NCBI GenBank assembly: GCA_002269645.1
Contig: NIVC01001064.1
Span: 37,159 to 101,158 of the forward strand
Length of the DNA: 64,000 nt
Source of the DNA: Macrostomum lignano
Lineage: Eukaryota
Direction of reading: 5' to 3'
A program made the position numbers and the translations under genes. Positions 25,559 through 36,829 of this stretch are shown here, one piece after another; within the stretch, counting starts at the first letter, position 1; each line of letters opens with the position of its first letter. Below the pieces are notes generated by a model, which did not search any database, was not told the origin of the DNA, and was given only the letters and a program-made list of their open reading frames with translations.

Positions 25559-26740
25559 CCTTATATATGTTCAAATTATCACCGCGTATCGGAACCTGCT
25601 TGAGTGATGCTCATTATTGTAATAAATTGTATTTGCAGTGCAAAAACGCTTGGCCCTCCACGTAGGGCGAGAGCGCCTATATATATTTGGGCCTTCATTC
25701 CTCAGCCATTCATGTGCGGCCACGTGGGCATAACAGGAATAAAAGGGGGAGGTAAGCCGGGGGTAGAGAGTACAATAAGGAGCACAGTGCGCGAGCACCC
25801 GGCACTGCTAGGCACCCCGTTTAACAACAGCAAGTGAGTGCAGGGCTGCGGCATGACAAATATATTAAACTGCAGAGATACATTAAAAATGCTACTGTAA
25901 GTAGAGCAGCGCAAAAAGTTGCAGCAGAAGTTAAACTTGAATCATGTTAATATGTATAAAGATGAAGATAAAGATGAACCTGTAGAGATCTCCAGACATA
26001 GTAGCCTACTAAAAGTAATAAGATAAAACTATGAATACAAATTAAAAAATAACTATGCGTCATACTCTATTTTTTGTAATATCACGTAAACAGCGAGTGA
26101 CTATGCTATTGTGATGTAACCGCCCTTGTCGCCTGTCCTCTCGCCTGTCGCTTGAACATTCCTTATATATGTTCAAATTATCACCGCGTATCGGAACCTG
26201 CTTGAGTGATGCTCATTATTGTAATAAATTGTATTTGCAGTGCAAAAACGCTTGGCCCTCCACGTAGGGCGAGAGCGCCTATATATATTTGGGCCTTCAT
26301 TCCTCAGCCATTCATGTGCGGCCACGTGGGCATAACAGGAATAAAAGGGGGAGGTAAGCCGGGGGTAGAGAGTACAATAAGGAGCACAGTGCGCGAGCAC
26401 CCGGCACTGCTAGGCACCCCGTTTAACAACAGCAAGTGAGTGCAGGGCTGCGGCATGACAAATATATTAAACTGCAGAGATACATTAAAAATGCTACTGT
26501 AAGTAGAGCAGCGCAAAAAGTTGCAGCAGAAGTTAAACTTGAATCATGTTAATATGTATAAAGATGAAGATAAAGATGAACCTGTAGAGATCTCCAGACA
26601 TAGTAGCCTACTAAAAGTAATAAGATAAAACTATGAATACAAATTAAAAAATAACTATGCGTCATACTCTATTTTTTGTAATATCACGTAAACAGCGAGT
26701 GACTATGCTATTGTGATGTAACCGCCCTTGTCGCCTGTCC
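25559..26740 (+). repeat. Direct duplication: two ~580-bp copies with 602-bp period
   Basis: 25559-26138 matches 26161-26740 with no differences seen by eye; the ORF track shows identical ORFs offset by 602 bp. Confidence 0.92.
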
Positions 26741-28954
26741 GCTCCGTAGAGAGACGAACGCATGACTAGAGGGGGCAATGACCGTAGGCTGCCTATGACC
26801 GGGCAATGACCTGACGGACCTCCAGCACCAGACTGTCCCGCCCACATGATTGATAGCTTTGGTAGCGCTTTGTGACCAGAGGGCCAAGGACCCACATGGA
26901 CCCCACCTGTAGCCAAGGTGCAATAGTTGGTCACTCGGTCATAGTATGACTGAGTGGCTGCCACCACTCTATGTGACCTGGCGCACCTGGATCTTTCTAC
27001 CAGACCTCTCGAGGCTAGAGCCCCGCCTGGGATGGTTACCAGGAGATTTAGGCTAACAGGGGAGACACATGCAGCCGAGTACAGGGACTCTGCTTGGGGC
27101 ATGATCGGGAACTCTGGGCTCAATCTGGAGAATTTCTCAGCAGGGGATCCTTTGTGGCTGTGAGCGAGGCTGACTTGCGACTTTGATTACTAAGAGTAGT
27201 ATGAGACGAACATGTACTGTCTATAGTTTAGATTGCTCAGGGCGAAGGGACGCGTCAGCATGGGGTTGCAACCTTCCTACTGCCATTCTGTGCCAAGACT
27301 CGCTAATCCCTCTACTGCACGCACACGCGGCCCCGCAGCACGCACTCACAGGCGGGCTTTGCACGGGGAGAGGCCATTTGCTTACCCAAACTTCCTTATG
27401 CTTTGCCACCCCGGGAGAAAGGCTTAGCAAGCCATGAGTGAAATGATGGTGAAAGAGTGAATAATGATGGGGTTAGTTAATAGTTAATAATTAGGCCCTT
27501 AGGCGAATAATCAGGCAATTAGGCGGCTTCACTGTTGAGTAAAATACAGCAATAAGTTACGGTATCACAATTGGCTCAGCTCTCTAATCAGACAATGGAA
27601 AATAGGCAAACCCCGGATAAGCAAAGGTAATTAGAGCACAAATTAGTAACAGGAACTTACCGGCAGCGGCACAGAGAGAGAGAGAGGCGGAGTGACCGAG
27701 GGCGGCTGTAGGCTGCAGTCAGGCAGACGGTGAAGCGGCGATGCGCTGAAGCGACGAGGCGCTGATGTAGATCAGGTGATGCTGATGATGCTGGGCGGTT
27801 TCAGACCGCTGGCCGATAGGCGAGCTCACTTGGGGAGCTAAGGATAACTTGGCGGTAACAGACCGCGGACCGGCAGGGATTCGTCTTATAGACGAATGGG
27901 TCAGAACTCAGTCTGACAGCAAGTCCAAAGAAGGACGAGGAGCCGAAAGGTTGAGGATTCTCCTGCCGAAATCGCTTCCTTTTATAGACCTCACAGCCGC
28001 CTCCTCAAGGTCGTTACCATGGCTCCCTCTCTCTGATTGGCTGCCGGCAGAATGACGTCAGAATGAGTCATGATGAGAAGCATGAGACCGGCATAGCAAC
28101 ATGAGAAATCGGGAAATTGCGCAATCCGGAGGTGGGGTGGGGGATAATTGGCGCAGCGGGTGGTCGCGAAAGTGTTGCGCAAGCAAACATTGAGAACAAT
28201 AGGGCTGGGGTCGAGAACAAAGGAATTGGAAATCGGGGATAATTGGGGAGAACTGAGAACAATGGAAAAGTAAACATTGAGGAAAAGGTGATAATTAGGT
28301 GCGAAAACGAGAACAAAAGAAAGAGAAAATCGGAGAAAATGTGATAATTGGTGGGGGTCGAGAGAACAAAAGAATCAAAAACGAGAACAATAGAAGTGGA
28401 GGTGGGGTGGGTGTCGCATGAGAAATTTGGGAAGGAGAACAATGGCGTGAGAAAAGGTTGCGCAAGAGAGGGGGATGAGTCATCGATGAGTCACCGAGGG
28501 GGGGAAGGGGTCACACGACTTGCGTCACCGTTTGGGAGTTTGAGAGGGGATAGGGAGACGGTGAGCACACAAAATACTGTAAGTAGACACAGGGAAAGAG
28601 GGGACACAGGACACTGCAGGACAGGACACTGCAGATCCTGTGTAGACACAGGAAAAGAGTGCAGAGGGAGACGAAAAGAGGGGGGATAGGGAAAGTACAG
28701 GAAGAATAGGGCGAAAAACAGAAGAGATAGGGTAGAGGGGGAGATACAGAGAGGGGTGGGGAGCTCCGGAAAGGCAGGTGTGGCGGCAGGGGAGACGGAA
28801 CCAAGGCAGCAGGAGGGGTGCAGCAGAGCGGGAGTCTCCAGGCCTGGTCGGAGACCTGGCCGAGTCTCGACAGCTCTGTGCAGGGGGTGCACGGGATAGG
28901 AGGCACTTTCGAGAAAGTTCCCATGCCCTATCCCGCAACCAGAGCGTGGTTACA
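26717..28954 (-). mobile_element. Nested 2.2-kb LTR-like element with TGTAACC...GGTTACA termini
   Basis: 7-bp inverted termini; splits LTR A; carries a minus-strand Pol II promoter. No TSD found. Confidence 0.55.
27978..28070 (-). promoter_or_regulatory. TATA box (TATAAAA, 27986-27980) with upstream CCAAT (28040-28036), CRE (TGACGTCA, 28053-28060) and AP-1 (TGAGTCA, 28064-28070) motifs
   Basis: Four canonical motifs in promoter order within 90 bp; GGTAAGT donor-like site about 320 bp downstream on the minus strand. Function inferred. Confidence 0.55.
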
Positions 28955-29842
28955 TCAATTGTTCGAAAAACCGGTTCTCGACATCTATTTTTAGAACTTC
29001 CAAATATGGTAAATGTTAACCTAAATGTGACCCAAGTCTCACCCTTTTCTATTCAAAAACCCCACCTGTCAAATAATAAAATTTCTTTCGTGAACTCATA
29101 AAAAACCGGTTCTGAGCTCAAGGTCGACTCAAGGCCGACAAATGGTGTATAAATACAAACGTGAAATCCGAGCTGAAATCTCAGACTCGGAGCAGCCTCC
29201 AAAGATCTTGGGCTTTGCAAGAGAGCATCCAAACGAGGCTATATCTCTGAGGAAGAGATTAAATACCAATTGGTAAGCTTTGATTGAGTCTTCGTTATTT
29301 TGATTATTTGAGAGCGATTGTTATTGCCGGCCGTTACTGTTCAGTTGATTGTACTGAGTCTATTGAGTTTGAGGCCTCCCTTTTCCTAAGGGATTGGATA
29401 GTATCTGCGGACCGATTCCGATACCCTTAGAGGATTATCGAGTTATTGATTTTGGATTATCCTAGATTAACCGATAGGAGCACACGACTCCGATTCCGTT
29501 AGTTCTAGAAGAAGACGCCCTTTCTGGAGGACCTCGTATTGTTATAGATGTTGATTTTGTTATTAGGGCGCATCGTTGACATTGATTTCTGCACTCGAGG
29601 AATACTGCGATGTCAATTTTATTGTTACGCTCTCGCTTTCGGCCGATTCTAGACTTCAAGAAGACCACCCCAGGAGGAACAGCTCTACGGAGACGAGCTC
29701 TACAGACACGCGCGACAAAGAAGAGGAGCCCGCAACAGTAAGTGATCACTGATTTTGTTCCCAGGCTTAGGGTCTGGAAGTGGGAGTTTTCGGGTGACTG
29801 ATCACCTCCTCGAATCAACTCTTCAAATCAACATCGACAACA

Positions 29843-30406
29843 TTGCCAAGGCAAAAATTCCTAGAACAAATCGATCTGTCACAAAGTCCAATCACCGAAG
29901 AACAGAAAAACCAAGTTAACGATCTTGTATGGAAGTACAACGACGTTTTCTGCCACCACGACTACGACATTGGACGAGCCAAAGACATCAAACAGAAGAT
30001 CACCTTGCTACCACACCAGGAACCAATTCAGTGCAAACCATATCCGATTGCGAAGCACTTGCAACAACACTTTGACGAGATCATCGAGAAAATGCTCAAA
30101 GCCGGTATCATCAAAAGAACAGTTTCAGCCTATTCTTCGCCATGCTTGCTTGTAGAAAAGAAAGAAACAAACGAGAGAAGACTTGTCTGCGATTTTGGAG
30201 TCCTAAACAAGTACATCCCGACAGACCAACAAAGTCTACCCAAGATTTCAGAACTTCTGGCAAGACTCAACACAGCAACACTCTTCACAGTCTTCGATCT
30301 ACGTCATGGATTTTGACAAATCGAGCTAGAAGAAGAGTCCAAACAATACACAGCCTTCAAGACGTACAAAGGAGAAGTCTTCGCTTACCAAAGAAGTCCT
30401 ATGTGA
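29843..30406 (+). pseudogene. Ty3/Gypsy reverse transcriptase N-terminal fragment
   Basis: PIQCKPYP, MLKAGII, SAYSSPCLLVEKK, RLVCDFGVLNK, FTVFDLRHGF*Q (W to stop), TAFKT. Confidence 0.88.
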
Positions 30407-30500
30407 ATTTCTAACTCACCAGCTACAATGAGCCGACTAACAGCCTACATGCTTGCTCTTCCTGTTCTTCCATGTTCTTCCTAATTTGAGTTCCGGAACT

Positions 30501-31163
30501 TACCAAGACTTATTAGGCATCGATTACCTGTCCCAACTAAATCAGGGCATGCTCATAAACTATCCGCAACAGAATATCCATCTCAACGGGAAATGCTATG
30601 AAATCCCTGCTATCACTTTGAAAAAACCCGTTAACTGCATCAGATTAGTTTCCACAGTCAATCTTAACCCATGGGAAACAACTCGAATCCCCGCAAAAGC
30701 CATCGCTAGAGAAAAACTACCTCCAGCCATGCTTTTCGAACACAACGAACGAATCCTGGAGAAGAAACCCATCTGCCTCACACCCGAATTGGTATACCCT
30801 GACGAGACAGGAGAGGGTCAAGTCATCATTTCAAACGAATCTTCAACCCCTATGACGCTATATCCAGACACCAACATAGGATCTTTCGACACAGAAATCC
30901 AAGCTTTTGAAATAGCCAAAATTCAACCAGAAACCCCAACGATGACGGAACAAGAGTTTAAGAACGCCAGTGATTTCGAAGGATCCAACCTGACAGAATC
31001 CCAGAAAGAACAGCTGATTAAGGTTCTTTGGGACAACAAGAAAGCCTTTTGTCTATCCGAGGATGAACTAGGATACACAGACGTAGCGAAACAGGAGCTT
31101 CACATTAAGCCTAACGTGGAGATCAAGCTTAACAAATGGTACCCAATCCCACACCACCTCAAA
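30501..31163 (+). pseudogene. Second Gypsy pol fragment: protease C-terminus, dUTPase-like spacer and RT N-terminal linker
   Basis: LLGIDYL (protease end), then SNLTESQKEQLIKVLWDNKKAF...ELGYTD...WYPIPHHLK, which is fused by deletion to the integrase tail. Confidence 0.65.
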
Positions 31164-31576
31164 GTGGCTCAGGAAAAAAATACCAGCAGAGCTAACAAAA
31201 ATCGAATGGCCCCTACACTAGCTATTGGAACCAGAGTCATGCTACAGATCCCAATGAGACAGGGAAAGCACCAAGCTTTACGGGCCCATACGAAATCGTG
31301 AAAAGAAACAATGCCACGTCCGTCATAATAAGGAAAATCGACGATCCGACGCAAGAATCTTTCCAGGTACACACGGACAGGCTAAAGCCAATAGCATCGC
31401 CAACACTCAAGGTACTGCTCCCCGATCTGCGACCAAGTGATCCGCGAAGAATGCAACGCCAACACAGGCAACTGTTCAGTAAGGAATTGGGCGTACAAGC
31501 TGACGATAAGACGCTCGCGGACACAGTTCGAAAGAAGTACAATCTGAGGAGCAAACCCATACTCCCAGACAAATGA
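31164..31576 (+). pseudogene. Gypsy integrase C-terminal (GPY/F) fragment
   Basis: LAIGTRVML...FTGPYEIV...VHTDRLKP across one frameshift. Confidence 0.75.
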
Positions 31577-31963
31577 TGTCAGGAGATGGGGGGAGAGTAC
31601 AAAGACTATAATGACTATTTGATTTACGTATTCATTCGTTGGCGTGCTGAGCACACTAGAATTAGAAACTCACATTAACTATTTACTCAAATATCAACAC
31701 TTAATTTAACCCCTCTAAAAACTACTCAATATACCATATGTATGACCGACAACTCGATACGCTAGATGACTGCATCCTGGGAGACGAAGATACCCAGACA
31801 CCGTGTCCTATAGTTCAACCCCTTTTCAAATCAACATCTCACGCCGGAACTAATGACCAGAAGTGGCCCGAACAAGACTTGTCAACGTGGATAGAACAAC
31901 AGCAGCACAAACTAAATGCAAACATAGCACTATCCACGAGCAACGACTCCCACAAAGCAACAA

Positions 31964-32224
31964 TAGTATGTAAAAGTACGAGTCTAGGACAGATGACACC
32001 AATTAAACAGCACATTTGAAGCTCTAGAGGGGGGATACGAGGAGGAATCAAAAAAACACCAACCAACACATCCAATCACACCAACAATCGAAAAAATCAA
32101 AAAACACAATAAACACACCAATCATGTTTGCCCATCAGAATCTTCCCCCTCGTATCCCCCCTCTAGACCTTCAAATCCATTGTTTGATTGGTGCACAGTC
32201 CTATAAACGTACTTTTACATACTA
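31964..32224. repeat. Fold-back (inverted repeat, ~85-bp imperfect arms) at the left end of viral copy 1
   Basis: TAGTATGTAAAAGTACG and ATTTGAAG(C/G)TCTAGAGGGGGGATACGAGG each recur inverted at 32208-32224 and 32147-32176. Confidence 0.88.
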
Positions 32225-32861
32225 CTCTCAGTCTCATCTATTTCTTCCAAACACTAACCATCACTTCCAACACTAATTAACACTCTTAACCCCAGTCCGC
32301 GCCGCAGGCGCAAAGGGTCTGAAATGGTAGAGAAAGAATAGAAGCTATTTTTAGCCAGCTCACCCACGCACTCAACATTCCATTAAGGCCAGATTTTTCG
32401 TTTTGGTTTTCGTTTTAAAAAATCTGGTCTTAATGGAATGTGGGCATTCATCACCCCACCCACGCAGCCAAATGTTATATATATGCTTATAAAAAGAACT
32501 CAATCTTATCACGAAGCGCAAAAATGAATTCATCCACTAATGCTCACAGCGATTGAAAATGCCATCATATAGCACCCTCAATGCAATGAGCGTTTAAGAG
32601 CCGCCAGGCAAATACTTGCAACTCGAACCCAAACTCTTCGACGGCACCACCAAAACTCCATGTTTCGTTACATCGAGCTTAATAATTTTATTAATGTAAG
32701 AATGACAACGTGGAGAAACGAAGAAAGATTTATCAACGTAATAAAGGTAATAAATAAAATCATATTCATTTAATAACTACATCTAGCTAATAAACACTTA
32801 CTAATTTATATTTTAGAAATATCATCAACAGCCACAAGCGTGTCAGGAGGCACAGAGACGA

Positions 32862-33242
32862 GTGGATGAGTTCATGGAAGAGATCCAAGATGAAGCAACT
32901 CAAGCTATGACTCCACAAAACCAAGGTCAACCAACTCAAGCTATGACTCCACAAAACCAAGAACCAACTCAAGCTACGACTCCACAAAACCAAGAACCAA
33001 CTCAAGCTACGACTCTACAAAACCAAGATCAACCAACTCAAGCTATGACTTCACAAAACCAAGATCAGCCCACACAAGTAAACAAGGAACCAGTCTGCCC
33101 AATCTGCCACCACCCACCAACCACACCCATTAGTATGACATGTTGTCGGGTAATGCTATGTCAAGTGTGTCACCTACAAGCATCGGTGAATGGTGCATTA
33201 ACCTGCCTGAACTGTCGCGCCGAATCAATGAATGTTGATTGA
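32862..33242 (+). CDS. RING-like zinc-finger protein with N-terminal 11/12-aa TQAMTPQNQ repeats (126 aa)
   Basis: CPIC-x11-CC-x4-CQVC-x11-CLNC; five tandem repeats of 33-36 bp. Confidence 0.65.
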   Translation: MDEFMEEIQDEATQAMTPQNQGQPTQAMTPQNQEPTQATTPQNQEPTQATTLQNQDQPTQAMTSQNQDQPTQVNKEPVCPICHHPPTTPISMTCCRVMLCQVCHLQASVNGALTCLNCRAESMNVD

Positions 33243-33434
33243 GAAAGAGGAAAAGAATCAATGACATATTGACAAATATCTCTCTTAAAAAAGGCTCACA
33301 AAAGTAAAATATAAAATATCTCTGTATTCAAACTAAGTTATTACTATCTTTGGATTGAAAAAATAAACAATCTTTATGTCTACCCTTTTTGTGTCCACTT
33401 CGTCTCATTTTTCTGTTACTAAAAATAGACAAAA

Positions 33435-33845
33435 ATGACACACCATACGCAAGTATACAATCTGAATGAATTACAAATAGGAGACCCAGTAGAATACAGA
33501 GGTGAGGGTCTTTTCGACATAATAGGCGCTGCAGCAAATACAATAAAAGATAATATGCCACTAATAGCACAAGCAGGCTCAGCAGCAGGCTCTGTAACCA
33601 ACGCAGTCAAGGGTGGAATAGAATCAGCTAAGGCAGCAGAAGAGCTCAAGAAATTGAGAGAATTTAACGACACCCTCTCGCAAATAAAAGCAATAAAAGA
33701 TTTAAAGCTAGCACAAAAAGTTGCTCAAGCCGCACAACCTACTGAAACACCTACTAAAAGTAACCCATTGAGCAATAAAGATATCCAAGATTTTAATAAA
33801 ATGTTAACCTCAATTAAAGGCGGAAAAGGATTAAAGAAGTTTTAG
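33435..33845 (+). CDS. Viral core or membrane-lytic candidate protein, copy 1 (136 aa)
   Basis: RGEG followed by an amphipathic LFDIIGAAANTIKDN helix and a terminal GGKGL motif, typical of small Polinton virion proteins (inference); conserved in copy 2. Confidence 0.55.
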   Translation: MTHHTQVYNLNELQIGDPVEYRGEGLFDIIGAAANTIKDNMPLIAQAGSAAGSVTNAVKGGIESAKAAEELKKLREFNDTLSQIKAIKDLKLAQKVAQAAQPTETPTKSNPLSNKDIQDFNKMLTSIKGGKGLKKF

Positions 33846-33953
33846 TAATATAAAAATGGACCCAGTTAATGATGAAAATAGTTTATATTTCATAGCAGAG
33901 GTAGTAGACACTTTAAATTTAGATGATACGAGCGTAATAAACATAGCCACGCA

Positions 33954-34866
33954 ATGTTAAAAAGATTAGATCGATTAGGTAAAAAATTGGATTATGATAT
34001 TGATACTTTTAAACTCGCTGCAAAATATGCACAAGAAGACAGACCCATTTCATTTAAGCATAATCGTAAAAACTATAGGTTAACAGAATCTGATGTTAAA
34101 TTCTTATTGGAGACTCACACTAAAAAGGACGGTGGGCTGTTATCCATTTTACCCATTCTTTTAGGACTCGGGGCGGCAGGGCAACTGGATTAGCAGCCAA
34201 AAGAATTCATGACAATCGAAAACAGTTAGCGGAATTAAAAGCAAAACAGGGGGGTGCACTACCACTTGCAACTTTGCTCCCAATAATTTTTGGAGGAATT
34301 GCCGCAGCTGGAGGAGTCGCTGGTGGAGCAGCCGGAATAGCAAAAGCCGTAAATGACAAAAAAGCAGCGGATGAACAAGCTAAAAGAGATGCCGAATTTC
34401 AAAGACAGCAAATAACGCAGGATGCTCAATTTAAGCAAAAACTAATAGATACCATTAATAGTAGCTCAGTAACAGCAGAGCAAAAAAGAAATGCGGAAGC
34501 TAGATTAGCAGCTGGAAAAGGTTTAATATTAAAAGGAAAAACTCACGGCGATGGCTTAATTTTAAAAGGAACGCCCACGGAAGTGGAATTGTAGCAGATA
34601 AATTACATGAATTCGGTCAAACCTTGGGAAAAACTGTTGAAAAAGCAAAGCGATTTTTTGACAATATTGGAGCCAACTTTAGGCCACTTCACTTGCCAGC
34701 TGTTCAAAAGATTTTTAATAAATTGGGAAATGATTTTAATATAATTGAAAAACATGATGGAAGTGGACTATATCTTGAAATGAGACCAAAAGCAGGATCA
34801 GGCATCTTTTTAAATGCAAACGTTTCGGGCAGCGGATTGCTGTTACCAAAAGCGGAACTCGAATAG
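33954..34866 (+). pseudogene. pX-like core polyprotein, copy 1 (two frameshifts)
   Basis: GGLLSILPILLGLG and GGALPLATLLPII...GGAAGIAKAVNDKK...GKGLIL...GSGLYL motifs, typical of Polinton proteins resembling adenovirus pX. Confidence 0.7.
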
Positions 34867-35200
34867 GTTCCAGTGGGGAAGGTCTAGACCAATAAAACAC
34901 AAAATTAAAAAAAGCAAGGGTCAAATATTATCTAAATTTTATTCTATAAAATGGAAGCTCTTTTAGCCCAAATCGACAACCCAGAACTTAGAGCTCAAAT
35001 AGAAGCACAGCTAATGGCCGAAAGGGCAGAAATAGAAGCTAGAGTTAGAGCAGAAAATCAGATACATATACAAAGACAATTAGATAAAATCGAACAACCA
35101 CCAGCAAATGGGGCTGAAGTACTAAATACAGATATTGGAATAAATACAGCTGATAAAGAATATTTTAAACAAATGAAAGAAAAATTAAAGTCCATACTAG

Positions 35201-35643
35201 TGTAACGTCGTCACTTCTGTATTGAAAATGTTCAATTTCGTATTTAAGGTTTTTTTGCAATTAATATTTAAAACTATATTTATTTTGGTCTAATTTTTAT
35301 AACTATTTTTAAGTTACTTTCCCATTTAGTTTAATTTTGTTTATCTAATTTTCAATTAGTGCGGTTATTCAAATTTGCTTCTTGATAGTTTTTGTGTGAT
35401 TGCTCGCGCGCGGTGTGTGGTCTTAGCTCCCGTAGGCTTGGCGGCAGTAGCATTATATTAACGTCTCAGATTACCCTTTGGTAAATAGTTGGCATTGCCA
35501 TACCGTTTCTGACCTACCCGCCATTATCCAGACTAGCAATTGAGCTGTTAAATTAATAATACGCCTAGGAAAAGATTAAAACTAAGACTCAGCACGCGCA
35601 CGCGCATTAGTCCCATGTTCTCGAACTAAATAAACTCGTCACA
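35201..35643. mobile_element. Solo LTR (443 bp) inserted in copy-1 polB
   Basis: TGTAACG...CGTCACA termini; 4-bp TSD CTAG at 35197-35200 and 35644-35647; absent at the equivalent site of copy 2. Confidence 0.88.
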
Positions 35644-36502
35644 CTAGATAGATATACTATGAGGCCAAATAACAAACGACAACCAATTAAGTATAAAATA
35701 GAAATTGAAACAGAATTTAAAAAACCAAATATGATTAGTGCAGATTCAGAAATTGAAGTAATAAATACCTTTTCACAAGAATCATATAAGTCACTTCTAT
35801 CCATGGGAACATACGACAATCAATTTGATCAGATAGAAGCAGAGTTTGATGAATGGATAGATAAGATGACAGAAAATGGATCAGGGTTTGTATTTGTTTC
35901 TTGTAATTCATCCACAGTAAAGATTGTTCCCATAGAAATTCTTAAAGGAATATCACACCTGCTTTTAGGATTTAAATCTCCAAAAATTATAAACCCCAAG
36001 AATATGGATAATAAGTGTTTATTATGGTGTTTACTAATTTATAAGTACCATGAACAAGTAACATCACATCCCGAAAGAATATCTAATTATACAAAGTATG
36101 AGGATGAAAAACATTGTATCAAAAATCAAAAAAATACAATGACAAAAATCGGCAAAATTGTAATATATGCCGATTTTGAAGCAACAAATATTCCCCTCGA
36201 ATACCACAAACAACAAGAAACAACTGAAAACACAAAAATTTGGCGCAGCAGTTTCCAAATAGTTATTGTATATATGTAGACTCCGTAGCAGATAATGTTT
36301 TTAAATCGAGGACATTTACTCATTTTGGTAGTGACTCAGGCAAACACATGGCAGAAACATTAGTAACAATACTAGCAATCTTCGCCCCCCGTTGGGGGAC
36401 ATCTGGATAGAATCTCTGTTCTCTACAAGTAACAAAAAGACAGCCAAATAAAGCCTTCACAAAGACGACAGACAAACTGCTCAAAAAAGTGTAATGCAAA
36501 AA

Positions 36503-36730
36503 GAAATCATCCCCCAGATAGCAAGCATCCCCCAGATTGCAAGCATCCCCCAGATTGCAAGCATCCCCCAGATAGCAAGCACCCCCCAGATTGCAAGCAT
36601 CCCCCAGATAGCAAGCACCCCCCAGATTGCAAGCATCCCCCAGATAGCAAGCATCCCCCAGATTGCAAGCATCCCCCTCCCGGATAGCAAGCATCCCCCG
36701 GATAGCAAGCATCCCCAAATAGTAAGCATC
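36503..36730. repeat. 18-bp minisatellite (ATCCCCCAGAT(A/T)GCAAGC), about 12 copies, inside the Helitron
   Basis: Directly visible; produces the IPQIAS artefact ORF. Confidence 0.9.
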
Positions 36731-36829
36731 CACCATACAATAAGTAGCTAGTGCTACAATTTCCTTAGCTATAGTGGCTCCTTTAAAATTAGCATGACGC
36801 TTACTTTTACGTTTGAAATTGTGTAAATT

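Larger units (their letters stand above)
26583..29825 (+). mobile_element. LTR A of a Gypsy-type family (~1005 bp net), interrupted by a nested LTR at 26717-28954
   Basis: Begins TGTAGAGATCTC and ends TCAACTCTTCA; both segments are colinear with LTR B (61089-62096, 1008 bp); followed by Gypsy pol fragments. Confidence 0.75.

Noticed and set aside
26662-28938. Multiple ORFs within the nested LTR
   Set aside because: No domain similarity; several derive from purine/pyrimidine-biased sequence.
31738-32019. 93-aa ORF after the integrase tail
   Set aside because: No motif, and it reads across the junction into the viral hairpin.
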